Origin: Octopus vulgaris
Taxonomy: Eukaryota
Length of the DNA: 64,000 nucleotides
Assembly: GCA_951406725.2 (NCBI GenBank)
Contig: OX597822.1
Coordinates: forward strand, 26,598,001 to 26,662,000
Direction: 5' to 3'
Positions 63,200 through 64,000 of the stretch are shown here, piece after piece. Each line of letters opens with the position of its first letter. Position 1 is the stretch's first letter. The notes under the pieces were generated by a model. The model was not told where the DNA came from, did not search any database, and was given only the letters and a program-made list of their open reading frames with translations. Position numbers and translations under genes: made by a program.

Positions 63200-64000
63200 A
63201 TGATGGCTTCCTCACAGACATGACTTTCTGAAAGACAGAAGTCAGGCAGTAGTGGCTAATGGAGCCACCTCTATGAAAACACAAATAGTGAGCAGTGTTT
63301 CACAAGGCAGTGTCTTGGGACCACTGCTTTTTATAGTGGTCCTCTCAAATATGCCTTCAAGTGTCCTGATAGCCACTCTTGCAAGCTACGCAGATGATAC
63401 GAAAGTTTCGCAGAAAATACAGAACCCCAGTGATGTTGCACATCTGCAGCAGGAGTTGGACTCAATTTACAGATGGGCTGAAGATATTGATATGCAGTTT
63501 AATACTGAAAAATTCCAACCCACGCACTACCGGCATCCAAAACTGAATATGAAACTTACAGGATACACTGGTCCACAGGGAATTTCAGTGAGGGACCTGG
63601 GTATTGACATGAGTGATGGTACCACTTTCCAAGTGCACATTACCAGGATGGCAACAAAGTGCAGATGACTGGCTGGATGGAGCCTGAGAACATTCAGAAC
63701 CAGAGATAAGGAAACCATGATGGTCCTCTGGAAGACATTCGTCCTTAGCTGCCTGGATTACTGCTCACAGCTATGGTCACCCACCAGTGTGAAATAAACA
63801 GTGGACCTTGAAGCAATCCAGAGAAGATTCACAAAGAAGATCGTCTCTTCGCAACTGCTCAGCTACTGGGAAAGGCTGAAACAGCTCAGACTCTACTCCC
63901 TGGAGAGAAGGCAGGAGAGGTATTCAGTAATATGCATCTGGAAGATCTTGGAAGGAATTGTGCCAAATTTGGCATTGAAATTACACCAATGACACTGCAT
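63200..64000 (+). mobile_element. CR1/L2-group LINE RT C-terminal half, with stop codons, running off the window
   Basis: VSQGSVLGPLLF, YADDTK, VRDLG, LDYCSQLWSP and YWERLKQLRLYSLERRQERY. Confidence 0.92.

Overview
AT-rich, repeat-saturated eukaryotic DNA with no supportable host protein-coding exon. The SINE and microsatellite landscape suggests an octopus-type cephalopod intron or intergenic region; this is an inference, not a database result. Most ORFs in the track are microsatellite or SINE artefacts. The real coding remnants are all transposon-derived: CR1/L2-group LINE pieces, RLE-type and RTE-type retrotransposon tails, a Helitron helicase fragment, and mariner and Tigger/pogo transposase fragments. 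The window also holds at least five SINE-like families, piggyBac-like and hAT MITEs, and several Helitrons. Three things stand out. (1) A dispersed set of type I hammerhead-ribozyme motifs of the Penelope/retrozyme style, mostly in short elements embedded in (TA)n, one as an inverted pair. (2) A tRNA-headed SINE that itself carries a hammerhead motif and has a target-site duplication. (3) A composite insertion in which a 28S rRNA fragment is fused tail-to-tail to an uninterrupted 366-codon LINE RT segment, an arrangement compatible with rRNA-primed reverse transcription. All alignments and folds were done by eye and boundaries of decayed repeats are approximate.
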